64,000 bases of DNA from Tubiluchus corallicola (taxonomy: Eukaryota; Animalia; Priapulida): NCBI GenBank assembly GCA_030141605.1, contig JAQGDQ010002374.1, positions 186,001 to 250,000 of the forward strand, given 5' to 3'. Each line of letters begins with the position of its first letter. Position 1 is the stretch's first letter. The notes beneath the pieces were generated by a model that saw nothing but the letters and a program-made list of their open reading frames with translations, did not search any database and was not told the DNA's origin. Made by a program: the position numbers and the translations under genes. This document shows positions 25,801-40,800 of this stretch, piece by piece.

Positions 25801-28800
25801 TGTCTCTGGCAATAATAAAAATATGGTTATATAAATGTGTTCAATACTCGTACCAGAAGACACGCCAAAATAAAATTATATGTGATATATATGGCTGTTC
25901 AACTTTACTGATTTATAACCTTTAAATTGTGGGAATGCCCTAACAGTCTAACCCTAAATGTTACCAATTACCAAATGGATCAAATAGCTTTCCCTTTTGT
26001 TCTTTTGTTTTTTTGTCCTCTGGTTCTGGTTTTATCAAAATCTGATAAGTGAATACGCAATTATTCATGAACAGTAATTAAATAAAACATGCGAATGTTG
26101 CTTAGAACACACAACTTTGGAGCTCTGGATGCCCGGCTCACCGACCACCTTTTATAGTGCTCTATAAGCACGTCCCTCTATAACATTTTTATTAATTCTG
26201 AGTTGGTTATGTTTCACAGGAAACAGTAGTTTTAAGGGTGCAAGAAAAACATTTTTCAAGGACAACTGATTGGTTTTTTTTTATTGTATGCAGAAAACAT
26301 TTTCTTCTACTTGCTCAATTTAAAATTTCTATCTATCAAACATGTTTGATCCATACAGAAACATACATTTGTCTGGATATACCAACCGACTACTTATTTA
26401 TTCCTACACAGAAACATTTTTGTCAGGAAATAGTAACTGACTATATATTTATTTCTTAATCAACAATAGTTAATAATAATTTATTTAAAAAGACACTTAT
26501 GTAGTCAAACCGTGTCAAAATGTGTGGGAATTCTGGAGGGGGAAGTTGATATATAAAATAATCTGATCATCATGAAGTCTCCCTTTCTCCTGAAGAGAAC
26601 TACTTAATAACAAAAGAATTGCAAACAAGAGATAAAAACTGCATCGGAAGTCATTTCTTTTTTCATTTTACTGACATGTTCTCTGGCTCCAAAACAGTGT
26701 AGCAAAGACTGAAATTTCACTGTAATAATTCCATAACCATGGTTAAGTAGTTGCATTTAACCTAATTTTAGTCAACCATATTTTGCAACGTGAAATATTG
26801 TGCAATGTAGACACATGTAGTTACACTGTACCTGATACTCTAACATGGTCTTTGGACTGTGTGTCAGTACAGAATCAGCTTCTACTGACGTGATAAATGT
26901 GTCAGAATGTGACGTAGTTTGTAAACAAAATGTGATGATTTACGCAAGAATGATAAATACATGTTACATTAACGTAAAGCAAAGGGCGTATTTGTAATGT
27001 AAATACTAATGCCGTTATAACAGAAGCTGACATAAGAAGCTAGGAAGGAAGCAGTTATAAAATTAGTGAAAACGTCTGGTACTCTACATAAAATTATGAA
27101 ACTTGTAAAACTGTCAGTCTGTGTTATACTGTCGGCATGGCTGCCACAAATAACCTTCAGCTATTGGCCATGTTTCCATGATTGCGTAGATGTGCCTTTA
27201 TGTCCACATGAATTACCAAATGACCGATGTGTATGTACAGAATCCGGCGGTCAATCAACAATATTCTGCGAATGGATGGGATATGAACCACTAAGATTAA
27301 CGTTAAAGACAATGCGGTTACAGATTGGCACCTTTATCATCAGTGAGTTTCACTACTCGCCAAAGCTGGTTGATAACATGTTAGAAAGTATGATCTCTTT
27401 ACAGAAACTACGAGTGAATAGAACAGATGTAACTGAACTCAACAGTGGAGCATTCAAACATTCTTCTGCACAACTAGGACTAACCACACTAGAAATTGTA
27501 GACAATGAACAACTAACTAAGATAAGTAATAATGCCTTTTCTGATATTTCCTCATTGCAGTATCTATATTTGAGACGTAATCGTTTAAGTGAAATTGCAA
27601 GTGAGAGCTTTGAAGGACTTCCACATTTGATAACACTTGACTTAAGTCAAAACGCAATAACGGATGTTGCCTCTTGGATACCTTCAATTCCTGGCAGCGT
27701 ACAGAACTTGTGGATGTGCTACAATGGCATTACAACTCTTCAGGCAAACACACTTGGAAGTTTATCAGGTTTGTTCGCACTTTATCTGGACTACAACAAG
27801 ATCCACACAATTGAGGAAAGGGCGTTGGACAACTTGCAAAATCTCACTGTGCTTTTTCTAGGTGAGAACAATCTGACATCATTGGAATCTGGCACATTTG
27901 CAAAAACCACTAAGTTGAAAATAATTAGCTTGGTTTACAACAAGTTTGAGCATATAAAACGCGGAGTCTTCGACGATCCCGGACTAGAAGAACTAGAAAG
28001 CCTCGACCTCAGCAACAATCTAATAAAAACATTAGACGAAGATTCCATTATAAGCAGAAGCGAATATCAAGCCATAACGCTAGACTTGAGTAGTAAGTTC
28101 TTATTGTTAAATCAACTTAATATTGCCAAATGACACAATTAGCACAATAACTTTCTGTTCTGTTTTGATTCCCACTTATTCTAGTGAAATTTAAGTGTTA
28201 AATAGCCTAGCAGTCACACTAATGTTGAACAACGCAAATTATAGATAGCATCGAAAGTGTGCAATGTTGATCACCTAAAAACAGTCAACTTTTCAAGTGA
28301 CTAATCAGGTACGATAAACTTGATAAGCTTTAGGGGTTATCTTGATGGTGAATCTTAGAAAAAATGCCATTACATAACTCCAACTCTTACAAACAGCTGT
28401 TTTAAACGAAAAAAAGAATAACATCAATAAAATTCCTAAAATTTGGCTGAAAGTACACACAGTAGTAGAATTAAAATGTGCAAAACAGTGTTTTCATACA
28501 ATATTACTTAGCACTAATTTTACTGAACAGCCATGAGATTGAAATCATATAATGTACACTCATCATTTTGCTTTCCAAAAAATTCGGGACAACAATAACC
28601 AGGTTTAATGCATTAAACTTTTTCAGACAATCCCTTAAACTGTTTGTGTGAACTAGCCTGGCTCATTAACACTTCCTGGGGAGGAGGTACCAGACTTGGA
28701 AAGTGTGCTGCACCACCTCATCTGAGCGGACAAAGTCTTGACGACTTAACTACCGAAGACTTGTGCAATCTTTAAGTTTCCTATAATATATTAAAAATTT

Positions 28801-31800
28801 TTCAGACAATCCATTAAACTGTTCGTGTGAACTGGCCTGGCTGGTTAACACTACCTGGGGCTGGGGAACTAAACTTGGAACTTGTGCCGAGCCACCACAT
28901 TTTAGCGGACAAAGCCTCGATGAACTGAATGCAGCAGACTTATGCAATCCATACAGACCGCCAACTGGAAACCCGACGACAGAGGAAGAGGAAACGACAG
29001 AATACACCAAAGACACCACTGAATCGCCACCACAAACAACTACAGATTCTGGTAGAAGATTACAATTTGAGATGATTTTGCTATCTTTATCTATATATGT
29101 GTCTTTAATGCAGAAATTAGCTTGAAAATATATTAGCATTCTCACATCTTTTACGGTTATTTAATATGTTATATCAAATTCAAACATAGACATCAAGTTA
29201 TAACTATAAGTGAATAAAATACGACAAAAACTTATTAGCAGAATTAAATGAATAGAAATAAACATGTGTTGCTGTTCTAACATAGTAATAATATGATTGT
29301 TTCTTAAACATATAGTTTGTTAATTTGATTAAAATGATTTGTTAACGTGATTATCAGCCTTTTAACCATCTTTTGCAGCTATGATCAAATGAATAGAAAT
29401 AAATATGTGTTGCTGTTCTAACATAGTAATAATATGATTGTTTCTTAAACATATAGTTTGTTAATTTGATTAAAATGATTTGTTAACGTGAGTATCAGCC
29501 TTTTAACCATCTTTTGCAGCTATGATCAATGTTGATTGCTGCATCAGATTAATACAAAAAAATGTTAAAACTATCACTCAACTACACTGACACGTTAACA
29601 CACCAACACTTCAATCTCAACTGTGTTCAAGCTGATGCAGCTATCAGTACTCACGTTACGACAAATAAGCGAGAATGAACAGATTTCAGCAAAGCATCTA
29701 TGACTATGGAAACAACTCACTCCATACTTACATAATTCAGAAAGAATTTTGTGAAAGGCTTTGTATGAAAACTTACTTGTATTCATTTGTTTCAGCTAAA
29801 TCATAAATATCTTCCTCTATCAAGAGATAGGCTCTTCCACCCGTTGCTGGCATCAACCTATTTTCGTACAACCACACCTTGTCTTCACTATCACCTGAAT
29901 ACTAAAGTTAAAATTAACCGAGTTATAGCTAAACAGGAAACAACTGCTGATATTCAACCTTAAATATGTGTGTATTTCACAGCAACATGTGAAGCAAATA
30001 CCACAAAAAAACAAATTTATGAAAAGCTTATTTATTTGTGGTGAGATATTACATTTTCTTATGTTATTATTTTCTCATTTTTTTTGTATTTTTAAAAATA
30101 ATTTGCACAAGAAATGCTTTTTCAAAACTAATTTAGAGCTAATGATTAGCAGTCACTATAACAAAATTAGTAGGACCTATTGTCCACTTTCAGCAGTTAA
30201 TTCTGCAATTGACAAACAGGAGGTCAATTATGCATAAGATAGTTTATATTATACTACATTACTTATTTTGACAGTAAATTGGCATACAAAGAAGATGCGT
30301 AATAGTGCATTCACAATAATAGGGCCTTGGAGTAGCGAAGTTAATCGTCAAACAAACTGCTGCTGATTTTTTCAATATTCTTATCGTGAAGTGGCATCGC
30401 TAGTTGCCGGATTCAGCATCATAACGAGTAAAGCAGTTAAAGATGGTCTCCACTCAGTAAATAACACAGCAATTTGTAACCTAAGCAACACGTTAGTTCA
30501 AAGAATTAGGGACCAAAAAAACTGCCCGTGAATTCTGTGATGCACCAGTCACATTTCACCTTTTGCATCTTTCCTTTTCTTTTTTTGTTTCGCTACTTAT
30601 GATCACTGTGCATAGTTTAAGTAGTAATTACTTACCTTAAATAAATCTGGATGTTTTATGTACAATCTACCACGAGTAGCACCAAGACCTAATGCTCTGT
30701 AAAACAGTGAACAAACATTACTCTGCAAAATAGAGACACAACTTATCTTTAATATCACTTGGCGATGAAGATTTAAGTACAGTACTTAAATTCTTATGAC
30801 ATTTTGAAATATTCCAAACATAAAGTAGGCATTTCATGTTTTTAATGGGGGGGGGGGGGGGAAGGGGCAGTTTGTCACTGCACTGCAACACTATTGCTCA
30901 CATGAACTGGCTCTCCACCACACTCTCTACACTATTGAATAATCAAAATTAGGAATTCTGCTTGATAAATTGGTCAGTAAAAATGCAGTTTTATCGAAGA
31001 CTTTAGGCTCTCAAGAAAATTGTGAATTTTCGTTCTTGTTATTACACTAAATTAGCATAAAAACAAGAATGAAAAGCCATAGTCACTTACAAAAACTAAG
31101 CAAAATCTCTGTTTTCACATAAAATTATATCTTGACTCATAAATATATAATTTGCCTTTAACCGGCACAGTCCCATAAAATAAAAACCAAATGTTGGAAA
31201 ATAACCATGATAGAGAACTAAAGGAATCCAAAAAGCACAGGAGTCCATAGCAGCTAAGAACTGAGACACATGTACTATTGACCCACACCACCCGTTGTAT
31301 ATATCATTAGCAAAACATTTAATATTAAAATTATTGCTCACTTATTTGCTTTAGCACCCATTACGAATTTTGTTTCAAGCGTCAGCCGTTCGGGATCCCA
31401 TTTCGGCCCCTCACGCAGTACTGACTCAGCTTTGCTGAACTTTGAGGATGGCGTGCTACGTCCAGAGCCTAAACCTCGAATCTGTAACAAAACATGGCAT
31501 GTAATTACCATACATGGTCAAAAGCAAACTGACATAATTATAACGATGTAATCACCATCGTTGGGCTTACATTAAATGAGACTGAAATTAACAATAAACA
31601 AAACTGAAAACAAAACAAACAAAACCAAAGTCAATTAAATTTGAGTGATTATAAGTTAATATTATAAAATTAAAACAACACATTTTTAATATCAATTATA
31701 CCTGTCCAAAAACATAAGGAAATTCATATGCCAATACCAGTATATATACATATACAAACACACACACACACCCTCACACATGCAAGCATGCACACACACA

Positions 31801-34800
31801 CACACACACGTATATAAACTTAACAGTTTAATTCTTGCATTGGTGGATAATGATAAAATGTTATTCAATAATAGAGCTATCTAGGACATTTCTTCAATTC
31901 TTAAATAACAGAAGTATTAGAACCATAACTTATCACAAAAAAGTTAATCTTTTACATCAAACTTTTATTTTTTACTTCCTCCAAACAGGACTTCTAACAG
32001 CCTATGTAATAAACTCCCAGAAATATAATTAACAAGTGCTTCTCCATTGCTTAATCCAATAATATCATCTTATGCAAGCAGTGCTGATAGGGTGCCGTTG
32101 TTTTTCTTAGCCCACGTGAGAATGTATTGGTCAAACAGAGTTTTTATGGTTCATATCATCTCAGCTGTAATCTTATATTTGCATTCCAATATTTACAATT
32201 ATAGGATTAAACATTAGCAGAGGCTGAACAGCTCACGCCAACTGGTTTTTAAAAATGTCTCTGGGGCATTAACTACAACAAAGTTTGAGGTTTGACACTA
32301 AACCGGTACAGGGCCAAAGAAACTGTGATGGGGGTGGGAAGATGACCAACACCAAATACAATGCAAATAATGAGCATGGCATCACCAAGGTGACAGCCTA
32401 CGATGAGAAATAATGTGTCAACAGCCGAAATACTGTAATGGAAAACTTCTGCAAGGGCTGCCACTAATTCACATTTTAGGCCTGTTGTGCTGCCAACACC
32501 CATCAAACTACCTGAAAAAATGCTGTTCTCAGAGCTTAATTTGCTACAATATGCAGTAGTGGCCAGTAGTTCGTGTACTTGAGAAAGGAAATATTTAAGT
32601 GGCAAATAATAGCAAACTCTGACTACTTTAATTGAAAAATGCCTTCTAATTATTTGAGTACAGAGTTTTTATTAGTGATGTCGACTTTATTACTCCTGTG
32701 CCATGCTGAAGACTGCTCACAGTACTCCGGATGTCCGAAAATGACACAGTGTCACTGCAGCTTTGGAACAAGGGTGGCCATCACAGAAAAATGTCCACAC
32801 GTTGCCTGCATCTACCATGACAGCACACAGTTCGAAGCAGCTGTGAGCGAGATCGACCGGCCTGTCTACAAACTCATGGTCACCAACAACAACCCCAATG
32901 CTACATTTCCCAAGAAGTTTCTGAAGGGAATAGTGGCCCGTCATGTAGAACTCAGGGCAAGAAATTTGATGGCAATCAAGGAGAAAACCTTTGAAGGTCT
33001 TGACGCTACGAATCTTATAATAAAGGCAACCAATCTCCCACAGATACACCCAAAAGCATTTTTAAGTCTAAGGGACTTGGAATCACTCAAAATTACAGCT
33101 GCCAAGCTTCAGCATTTCAAGTTGGACCTATCTTCACTGTCGAGGTTAAAAGAGCTTGATCTGTCGAGGAATGGCATAAAAAATATTGACTACATACCAT
33201 TTCATCAAAATGTTGAGACAAAAAACGTTTTACTGCTGCTATATGGTGAGTGACAACTATTATGCTACAGCTACTGGTACTACCATAATGATAATGATAA
33301 CGATATAAGATATACAATAATGGTGACGATAACAACAACAACAATAATAACAAAAAACCAGTAAGTACATGTAACTCCAAGTACAAGAAAATCAAGTAAT
33401 AGCAAATTTTGAAGTTTCATTATGAAGTTCTATCATTTATTAAATTAAAAGTTCATCTCACAGCTAGGTGGAATTTCTTCACACAATATTAATTGACAAT
33501 TATTTTTACAAAACAGAATAACTCATTGAGGCTTGAGGGTGTAATGGCTGTCAATGAGGGTATAGGCTATATAAAAAATACAGCCCATCTAATTTTAAAT
33601 TATAAGTTGTACATATAATTTACAAAAACTCGTGGTTTAGCCTAATGCAATCACCACCAACAGTTTTTTGTTTTCTTTACATTCTTATATTAAACATATT
33701 GTAGTTGTGCCAAATACATATTTAAGATTCACTGCACATATGTGGTTTGTGCTGCACTGTAGCTCTGTATTAGCATAACTGTATGTTTGGGTCACCCTGC
33801 AAAAGTAGTGCCAGTGGACCACAAATCATTAAACTTAGGTAAAAATGTCTGAGGCCTATCGAATGTACCACAATTTTTAAGATCGGTCAAAAAACATCAT
33901 AACTTGCCTTTAATTTTTCCTTGAGAATTTCGCGTTGACAAAATTGTTAAAGTTTTGGAAAATTATGCATTACTTTGATGCTTTACCAGTTCTTCTTCAC
34001 AGCCAAGGGTCCCTCCAACCGATGGGTTTCCCAGCAGATACTGGGGCTGTGAGGGTGGGTGCAAAGTTTTGCCACTACACTGCTGTTTTGGGGCCATCCA
34101 AATATAACGATATCAAGTTTAGGGAGGTAGATGACATGAGATGTGATAACACCATTATAACATAATGTAAATAGGTAAGTAAAGTAAAGGTAAAGGTAAA
34201 TTAAAGGTAAGTAGGTGATTTAGTCATGATATTGTTAACTGACTTCATGTTTTTTTCACACGTGTGTGCCAGCAGCAGTAGCAGTGCCAGTAGAATGACG
34301 CAACCCACTGATGGTTTCTCATTAATTAACAACAGTGATGTTGTTGAATGTCCTTGGGAGGAGAAAGAATAAAATGTACAAAAAACTACATCGATATCAA
34401 TATAAGAGGTAGGTAGGTGGTGGGGCATATGATAACACTATTACAACATAAGGTAGGATAGTCCTCCAAATCGGCCGAAAACTTGATATCGTTATGTATG
34501 GATGGCCCCTTTGTAATACTTAGCACATTATCCAGTAGCAACCCAGAAACTTATTAATAGGGAAACACACAATTGTCTTTATATAATTATAACATTAGAT
34601 CTTTTAACAACACATTCACTCATTATCAGGAAACCCTTTTGAATGTGACTGTCGATTACGATGGCTGAGAGAAACCGTCTGGCTTAACGAAGGAGATTAT
34701 CAGGGCAGCGACCTTGGCGTCTGTGACTCGCCCAAGAAGCTCCGCGAGAAACGTGTGCTCGACCTCAAGCCAGAAATGTTGTCAGATTGTGAACCAAAAA

Positions 34801-37800
34801 ACAAAGACAAAGCTGGATCATCTGGGAGCATTTCAACACTGCACTCAATCATAGCAGTGATCTCAGTTATACTACCTGCATGTTTAATCAAATAACCACA
34901 CTTTTTAACAATAACCTTGGCCTCTCTCACATGCGTGGCATACCATATCTACGATTCCATATGTGCTATACAATGCATATAAAACAGTTTTTACTAAAAC
35001 TTCCTTTGCGTGCCCAAACACTTCTGCATTAGTAGGATACACACGTAGACTTTCAGAGAGTATTATAGCACATATTTTCACATCTTTATTTTTCTTTTGT
35101 GAAAATACTCTGAACTGTTTCTGCTATAGTATATTTATTATGTTGTCCACCTAAAACCTTTTTCCTCGTTTTTACAACATAACAATGGTTAAACAAGTGA
35201 TGCAGTCATAACAATCGTAGTCATCATCATCCTTCGCACATTCGAAAATCTCTTCCTTTCTTCTTGACATAGAACATGGGTAATCAAAAACCTGGTTTCT
35301 GCTTTTCAACTCTAAATGGCAGGAAGTATGTCCAGTTAAGTTAGAAAACGTGAATCTGTCAATAAACTATTACGTTATGCAACGAGCAATGTGCTTATCA
35401 GCATTCTCACGCTTCACTCAGTGAATGCACAGAGTTGTAGCTTATGAGAGCAGAACCATCAAATTCATTATTATCTGCAAATACGTCTAAACTAGATAGT
35501 CATTTGGTTCAGTAAGCATACTCAAACTTAAGAGTACTTTGACTGCCTTACTAATTATCGTTATGCATACAGGGGCAGTCAGGTTCTAAAGTTAGGAGGG
35601 CCAAATACATAAAAAAACTTGACCACACCACACAATTTTCAACATATTGATTATAAATTTTAATTTTGTGTTTAAAATCAAAACACGAAACAGAATACAG
35701 CTTAAAATTAATTAAAACACAAAAAAGTTTTGCAGTAAGCTTATAAATCTCAAATTTGGGGCAATTTGATCCTTGATTCTATCAGGCAACCTTGATAAAT
35801 GAGTTACGTAAATGCACACTCATTTCAAACACAGGAGCCAGATTGGTCAAATAAAGTAATGACACCAGAAATTGTTCCAGGGCCATGCGATCAAAAAATA
35901 TAAAAAATCGACTTTTATTGTGTTTATAGAGTTAATAGAGCTTAAATGTAACAGACATAGACTTCTACAAGCAATTAAGGTGTGCAGACATTAGTACAAA
36001 TGGCTGTAATATGTTAGTGTATGTATGTTAGCGTAAGTTTAAAACAATCCAAGCCAGCATTTAACAACATGCAGCTTAGTTTTGCCTTTGTTTCTTTAAA
36101 AAGTATTTCTGCACAAATCAAAATGTACAGGTGTGGAAAGTGAAAACAAAATGAAAGATTATAGTAAATTAAAGTTACTAAGTAAATTGTAAACTGATAC
36201 AGTAGCAATCAAAATTTTCGCATGTTAGTTCTTAAACACATAGGATTTTTACAGGAAGTTTGTAGTTTATAGTAATAATAATTATAAACATTTATTAATC
36301 GTTGATTATAATGTATTTACTCATCTTGTTATCATGAAATGTACAAGCATTAGAAAATAATAATTGTATTGTGATACTGTATGCTTGTTACTGACATGTT
36401 CACATGAATTGTGCAATAAACAGAAATAAATTAGTTTGAAATTAATGTTTTTGTCATATACTGTAAGTAACAGCTAATATTCTTTTTCATTAACTTATAT
36501 CGCTCATATATTTGTAATCATACTTATACTTATAAACATACAAGATCTAAGTTCAAAAAATTTGAAATTTTGACAATGTTCCATGTAAACGCTCTCAAAT
36601 GAGGTAAACCCGAGGCCATTGATCAAATTTTATTCAAGATGAACTAAAGTTTTCGCCAGTCACTAGTAATCTTAATATTACTAAAAATTCTCTCCCCACA
36701 TGTAATACACCATACCTTTTGTTAGACTACAAAACAAAGACACTGCAAAAATTCTAGAACGTTAAGTATTGGGAGTTTCTCAGGAAGAAAACCATGCATT
36801 AATGATGGGTGATTTTGAAGTTGGATTACAAACTTGTTCTTGTAATTTGATATCACGATTAATCTTTGGTGACGCTTTTTTTACCGTTTTAGCAATATTT
36901 ATCAATGATTGCAGGGAAATATAGCCTGTAAACTTCTTCACAGCTTTCATCGCTGTCAGCCATTGTTGTACTCGTAACCTATTTCATAGACATGTACATT
37001 TGTTAACTACTCTATAGGTCACTATATGCATCACGTGCCAACGAAGTTTCCAACATAGTGGTTAGCACAAGGTGTAGACGTTGTGTAAGGTGGGAAAAAT
37101 TAGAAAAAAACACAAAAATTGAGTTTATTTGTACTAACACACTGGCTTTTAGTCGGTGTGTAACACGTATAGTTTGCTGTCGATTAATGTTGATTAAGTG
37201 AATTACTGTTCAGTTACAAATTATATGATTTATACATGGTTGTATTTGGGGTTAATTCAATTAATCCATTAACCGCCCATCGCTGCCATGTGTTATAACA
37301 TGGTGCATGATCCAACAACTCAGACAACTAATCCAAATTAAACTAACTCTTTTGAGAATGTGCACACCACATGTAAAAACAAAAAAATGAAACAAATAAA
37401 AGTAAAGACGACAAAAACACAAGAGCAATGTAACTCACCTTTTTGTGCCTGCTGATGGAGATGCTGACATCAGAGTCAGTGTCAGAAGTGTGGCTTCTTT
37501 TTAAATAACTGGGAATGTTCTAACAAAAGAAAATTTAATTGTAGCTGCACTGGTGAAAATTTCCACATTGCAAAGTACAGTAAGCCCTTGCTTAACGATG
37601 CTCTGTAAAAGTTGCTGCTAACGAGACACTGAAAAACTACTTTCTTGGTTATGTTCATATCTGTCAGAAAGGAAACAATCCGTAATTATCAATGGTTTTG
37701 CATCTGATCTAAAGTGCGTGTATAGGTCCTCTCCTCTTTTTGATATTCATTAAAGACACATAGCTGATGGTATTCAGTCCGATATGCGATTACTTACTGA

Positions 37801-40800
37801 CGATACATGCATAAAACATGTAGATGAGTGTCCAAGTGCTACTGGTAACACATTACAGCAAGATCTAAGATCTGTATTACTCAATGGGCTAGGAGATGGT
37901 TGGTTACCTTTAATGCAGACAAAACAGAATTAGTTATCTTTTCTCACAAAACTCATCCACCATTTCATCCCGATCTGCTTCTTCAGGGGACAAAAATCGG
38001 AAATTATATTAAGCATAAACACTTGGGTTTAATTTTAACCAGTAATTTAACTTGCAACGTTCATATGCTATTATTTTAGTTAGAGCTTCTAAACGTTTAG
38101 ACCCATTGCAAAAAATTAACTTCTTTTAGATAGGTGGTCCTTAGACAAGTTATACAAATCGTATATTAGACCATTGCTTGAATATTGTGAATGCATTTGG
38201 GACAATTGCACAGAAGCGACTGCTCTAGCTGTTGAACAAATTCAGTACCATGTTTCATTGGTAGTGTTTGGAGCTGTGTTTGGTACAAGCGGAGAGAAAT
38301 TGCTGAGAGATCTTTCTTGTGACTCCACGTCACCACAGAAGATACATTCATAAAATGTCTTTATTTTATAAAATTGCTAAAGGAGCTTCATCATCTTACC
38401 TTACTTCCATACTTACAGAACCTGTTTATGATAGAACCTACTATAATTTACGTAATAGTGAAAATTTATCGTTAATTATTTGTATTTCTAACTACTTTCA
38501 ATCAAGGTTTTTCCCTTCTGGTACAGAAAAATGGAATAAGCTTTCTACTGATATTAGAAAATTAAAATAAATTTTTAGCCAGTAAGTTTTAAGAAAGTTC
38601 TAATTAAAATTTACTGTATTCCCCTGAAATTTTATTATTTTACAGGTGCACGTTTTGCTTCTGAGTTAACCTACATTAAGGTTGGGCACAAATGCTTTAA
38701 ATTACTCTTTTGTACAAATTCAGCTTTATCACATGCTACTATTTATAACAAATGTAATTTGCAAACTGAAGATGTGTTGCATTATTTACTAATATGTCCA
38801 ATTTACAATGCTATAAGATTACCTTACTCGAGTAAAGTAACTGTCTTAATAGCCCCGTATGTTAATTTTAATGACCTTTTGACGGTCGATAAAGCTAAAC
38901 TTTTAGTTGCTGGATGCAATCTGTTTCCAAATTCAATTAATCAAGCTCTACGAAACACAAATGTACATTACAAAGACAAAAAGGCAAATACTGTTGATTA
39001 AAAATAAAGATTTCATTACTATTATTATATATTTCCGTAAATATATACACATTAATATTTTCTCTTGCTAGTCATTATAATCACCACTGCCTTAGCTAGC
39101 CCAAACAATAACAGTATACCTTACTTAATGTGTCCACCGATTGCTTATGTAGATTATTAATAGCTGGGTGTACAACTGGTATACTTTTGTAATATATTCA
39201 GAAAAATCTTTGATTAAACAACCTAACTGCTTTATAGATGATTCTGTTAAAAAATAAATGTCTATAAATTTTTTTAGTTTTTTGCACTTTAGTTACATTT
39301 TAGTTTTCACACCTTAGTTACTGATTAGCTTTTTAATTAAACAAATACTTATAGTGTAGCTGTAAGCAATAAACCCTACAAAGTGTTTAATTTATAAGCC
39401 AAGTGTTATCGGTTTTCCCCTGCAACATAACTGAATGGTTTTATATACCCATCCTTTCAGTGATTGTTATTCCCCTGCCAGGAATTGAACCCTTTTGCAT
39501 AGCACTAGAGATTTTTGCTACTGGAATCCAACACAATGCTTTTACATTCTTTCTTGGGGAAATCATGGTTTCATCTAGCAATGTTTTGCTTAACAACACT
39601 TTTTTTGGGCATCATCATTAAGCGAGGATTCACTGTACCCGAGTAGCTTTCCGTTTTACAACGCAAGTGTGAAATGTAAATGCATTACAAATGTCTCCAA
39701 ATTATTATAAAAGTGCAAAACTTGCAAAACAGCTATTTCAATGCATTGAAATTTATTACATCATAATTATCAGTGAGTCAGGTGGACTATATCCATTACA
39801 ACATTGTTAAGTACCCATGCGCGCACGTGCGCAAATATAAACATATACAATTAACGTTCATTTAAATCTAGTGCTAATTTAGTACTTAAAGTAAGCAAAG
39901 TCGGCATTGAAGGAGAAAAAGATGGCAAATAGTCATTATTGTTAAATGAATCATTAATAAACAAAGAGTCATTAAAACAAGGACTTACTATACAGTAGAC
40001 ATATATGTAATATTTGTAAATATATATGTAAGCATATATGTAAATATATATATATATACATATATACATTTGGGAGAGGGAAACAAAATATTTTTGTTTA
40101 AGTAGCTTGCAAGTTTTACTTAATAAATTTCATAATTAAACTGTTAAAATGAACACTTTCAATGCTACGCACTGTTTCACGGTCAATCACTTAGTTTGTT
40201 ATCAGCACGGATTTTGACTAGAAGTAGCAACTATGCTGTTGTGACGCTTTCCACATAGTTTCAGGAAAAACTCCCGCAGCTGCTTTATTTTCCAGAAATA
40301 GAGGATAATATTTGTCAATGCGCTGATGTTTATTAATATGTCAGCACTCTGCTTCAATGATTTAAGTTCCAACTCAGTAGCACAGGTAATACCCAAGTGT
40401 GCAAAAAAAGCTGCAAAACACAGCAATGATGTTCCAACAGTTGCAAACACAGATATTGCAGCTTTGATCCGCTCTATTAAATTCAGATAGTTTTGATGAC
40501 TATCAGGCACTGCATTAGCTAACTGGATTTTATGCTGTAGAACAACTTTAAATACACTTGCATAAATGAAGAAGATGACTGAAGATGCTATGGCATATTG
40601 TGCAGCAAAATAAAGACAAAATTCGGGGTGAACCTGACGGGCTATGACACATTTTGTAACATCCTTAACCTCCGTATTATTCAAAAAGGTAAACCACGAT
40701 GAAGATGCTATTCCTATGCAAAAAGAGTATATCCAAGACACAAAGATAGTGATAGTGCTATTCAAGTTAGTACTGAGATGGTGATAATGTAGAGGATAGA

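Noticed and set aside
26930-27035. TGATGA...CTGA pair suggesting a C/D snoRNA
   Set aside because: Antisense to the host gene, no convincing terminal stem or K-turn geometry, and no recognisable guide.
28093-28133. ORF-track extension of LRR gene 1 to a stop at 28133
   Set aside because: Runs through a canonical GTAAGT donor into the intron and would leave the solenoid without an LRRCT.
28750-29145. 131-aa - strand ORF
   Set aside because: Reverse frame of the LRRCT-B/stalk exon.
27096-34895. VLR-style somatic assembly from flanking LRR cassettes
   Set aside because: Both LRR genes are complete in the germline sequence and no array of isolated LRR cassettes is visible; only one duplicated LRRCT exon.
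36600-36990. Coding-like - strand stretch (MADSDESCEEVY..) with many stops
   Set aside because: Possibly an old transposon remnant, but no diagnostic motif could be identified.
39470-39540. B-box-like GGTTCAATTCC on the - strand (similar at ~4145-4175)
   Set aside because: No cloverleaf; at most decayed tRNA-derived SINE heads, too weak to call.
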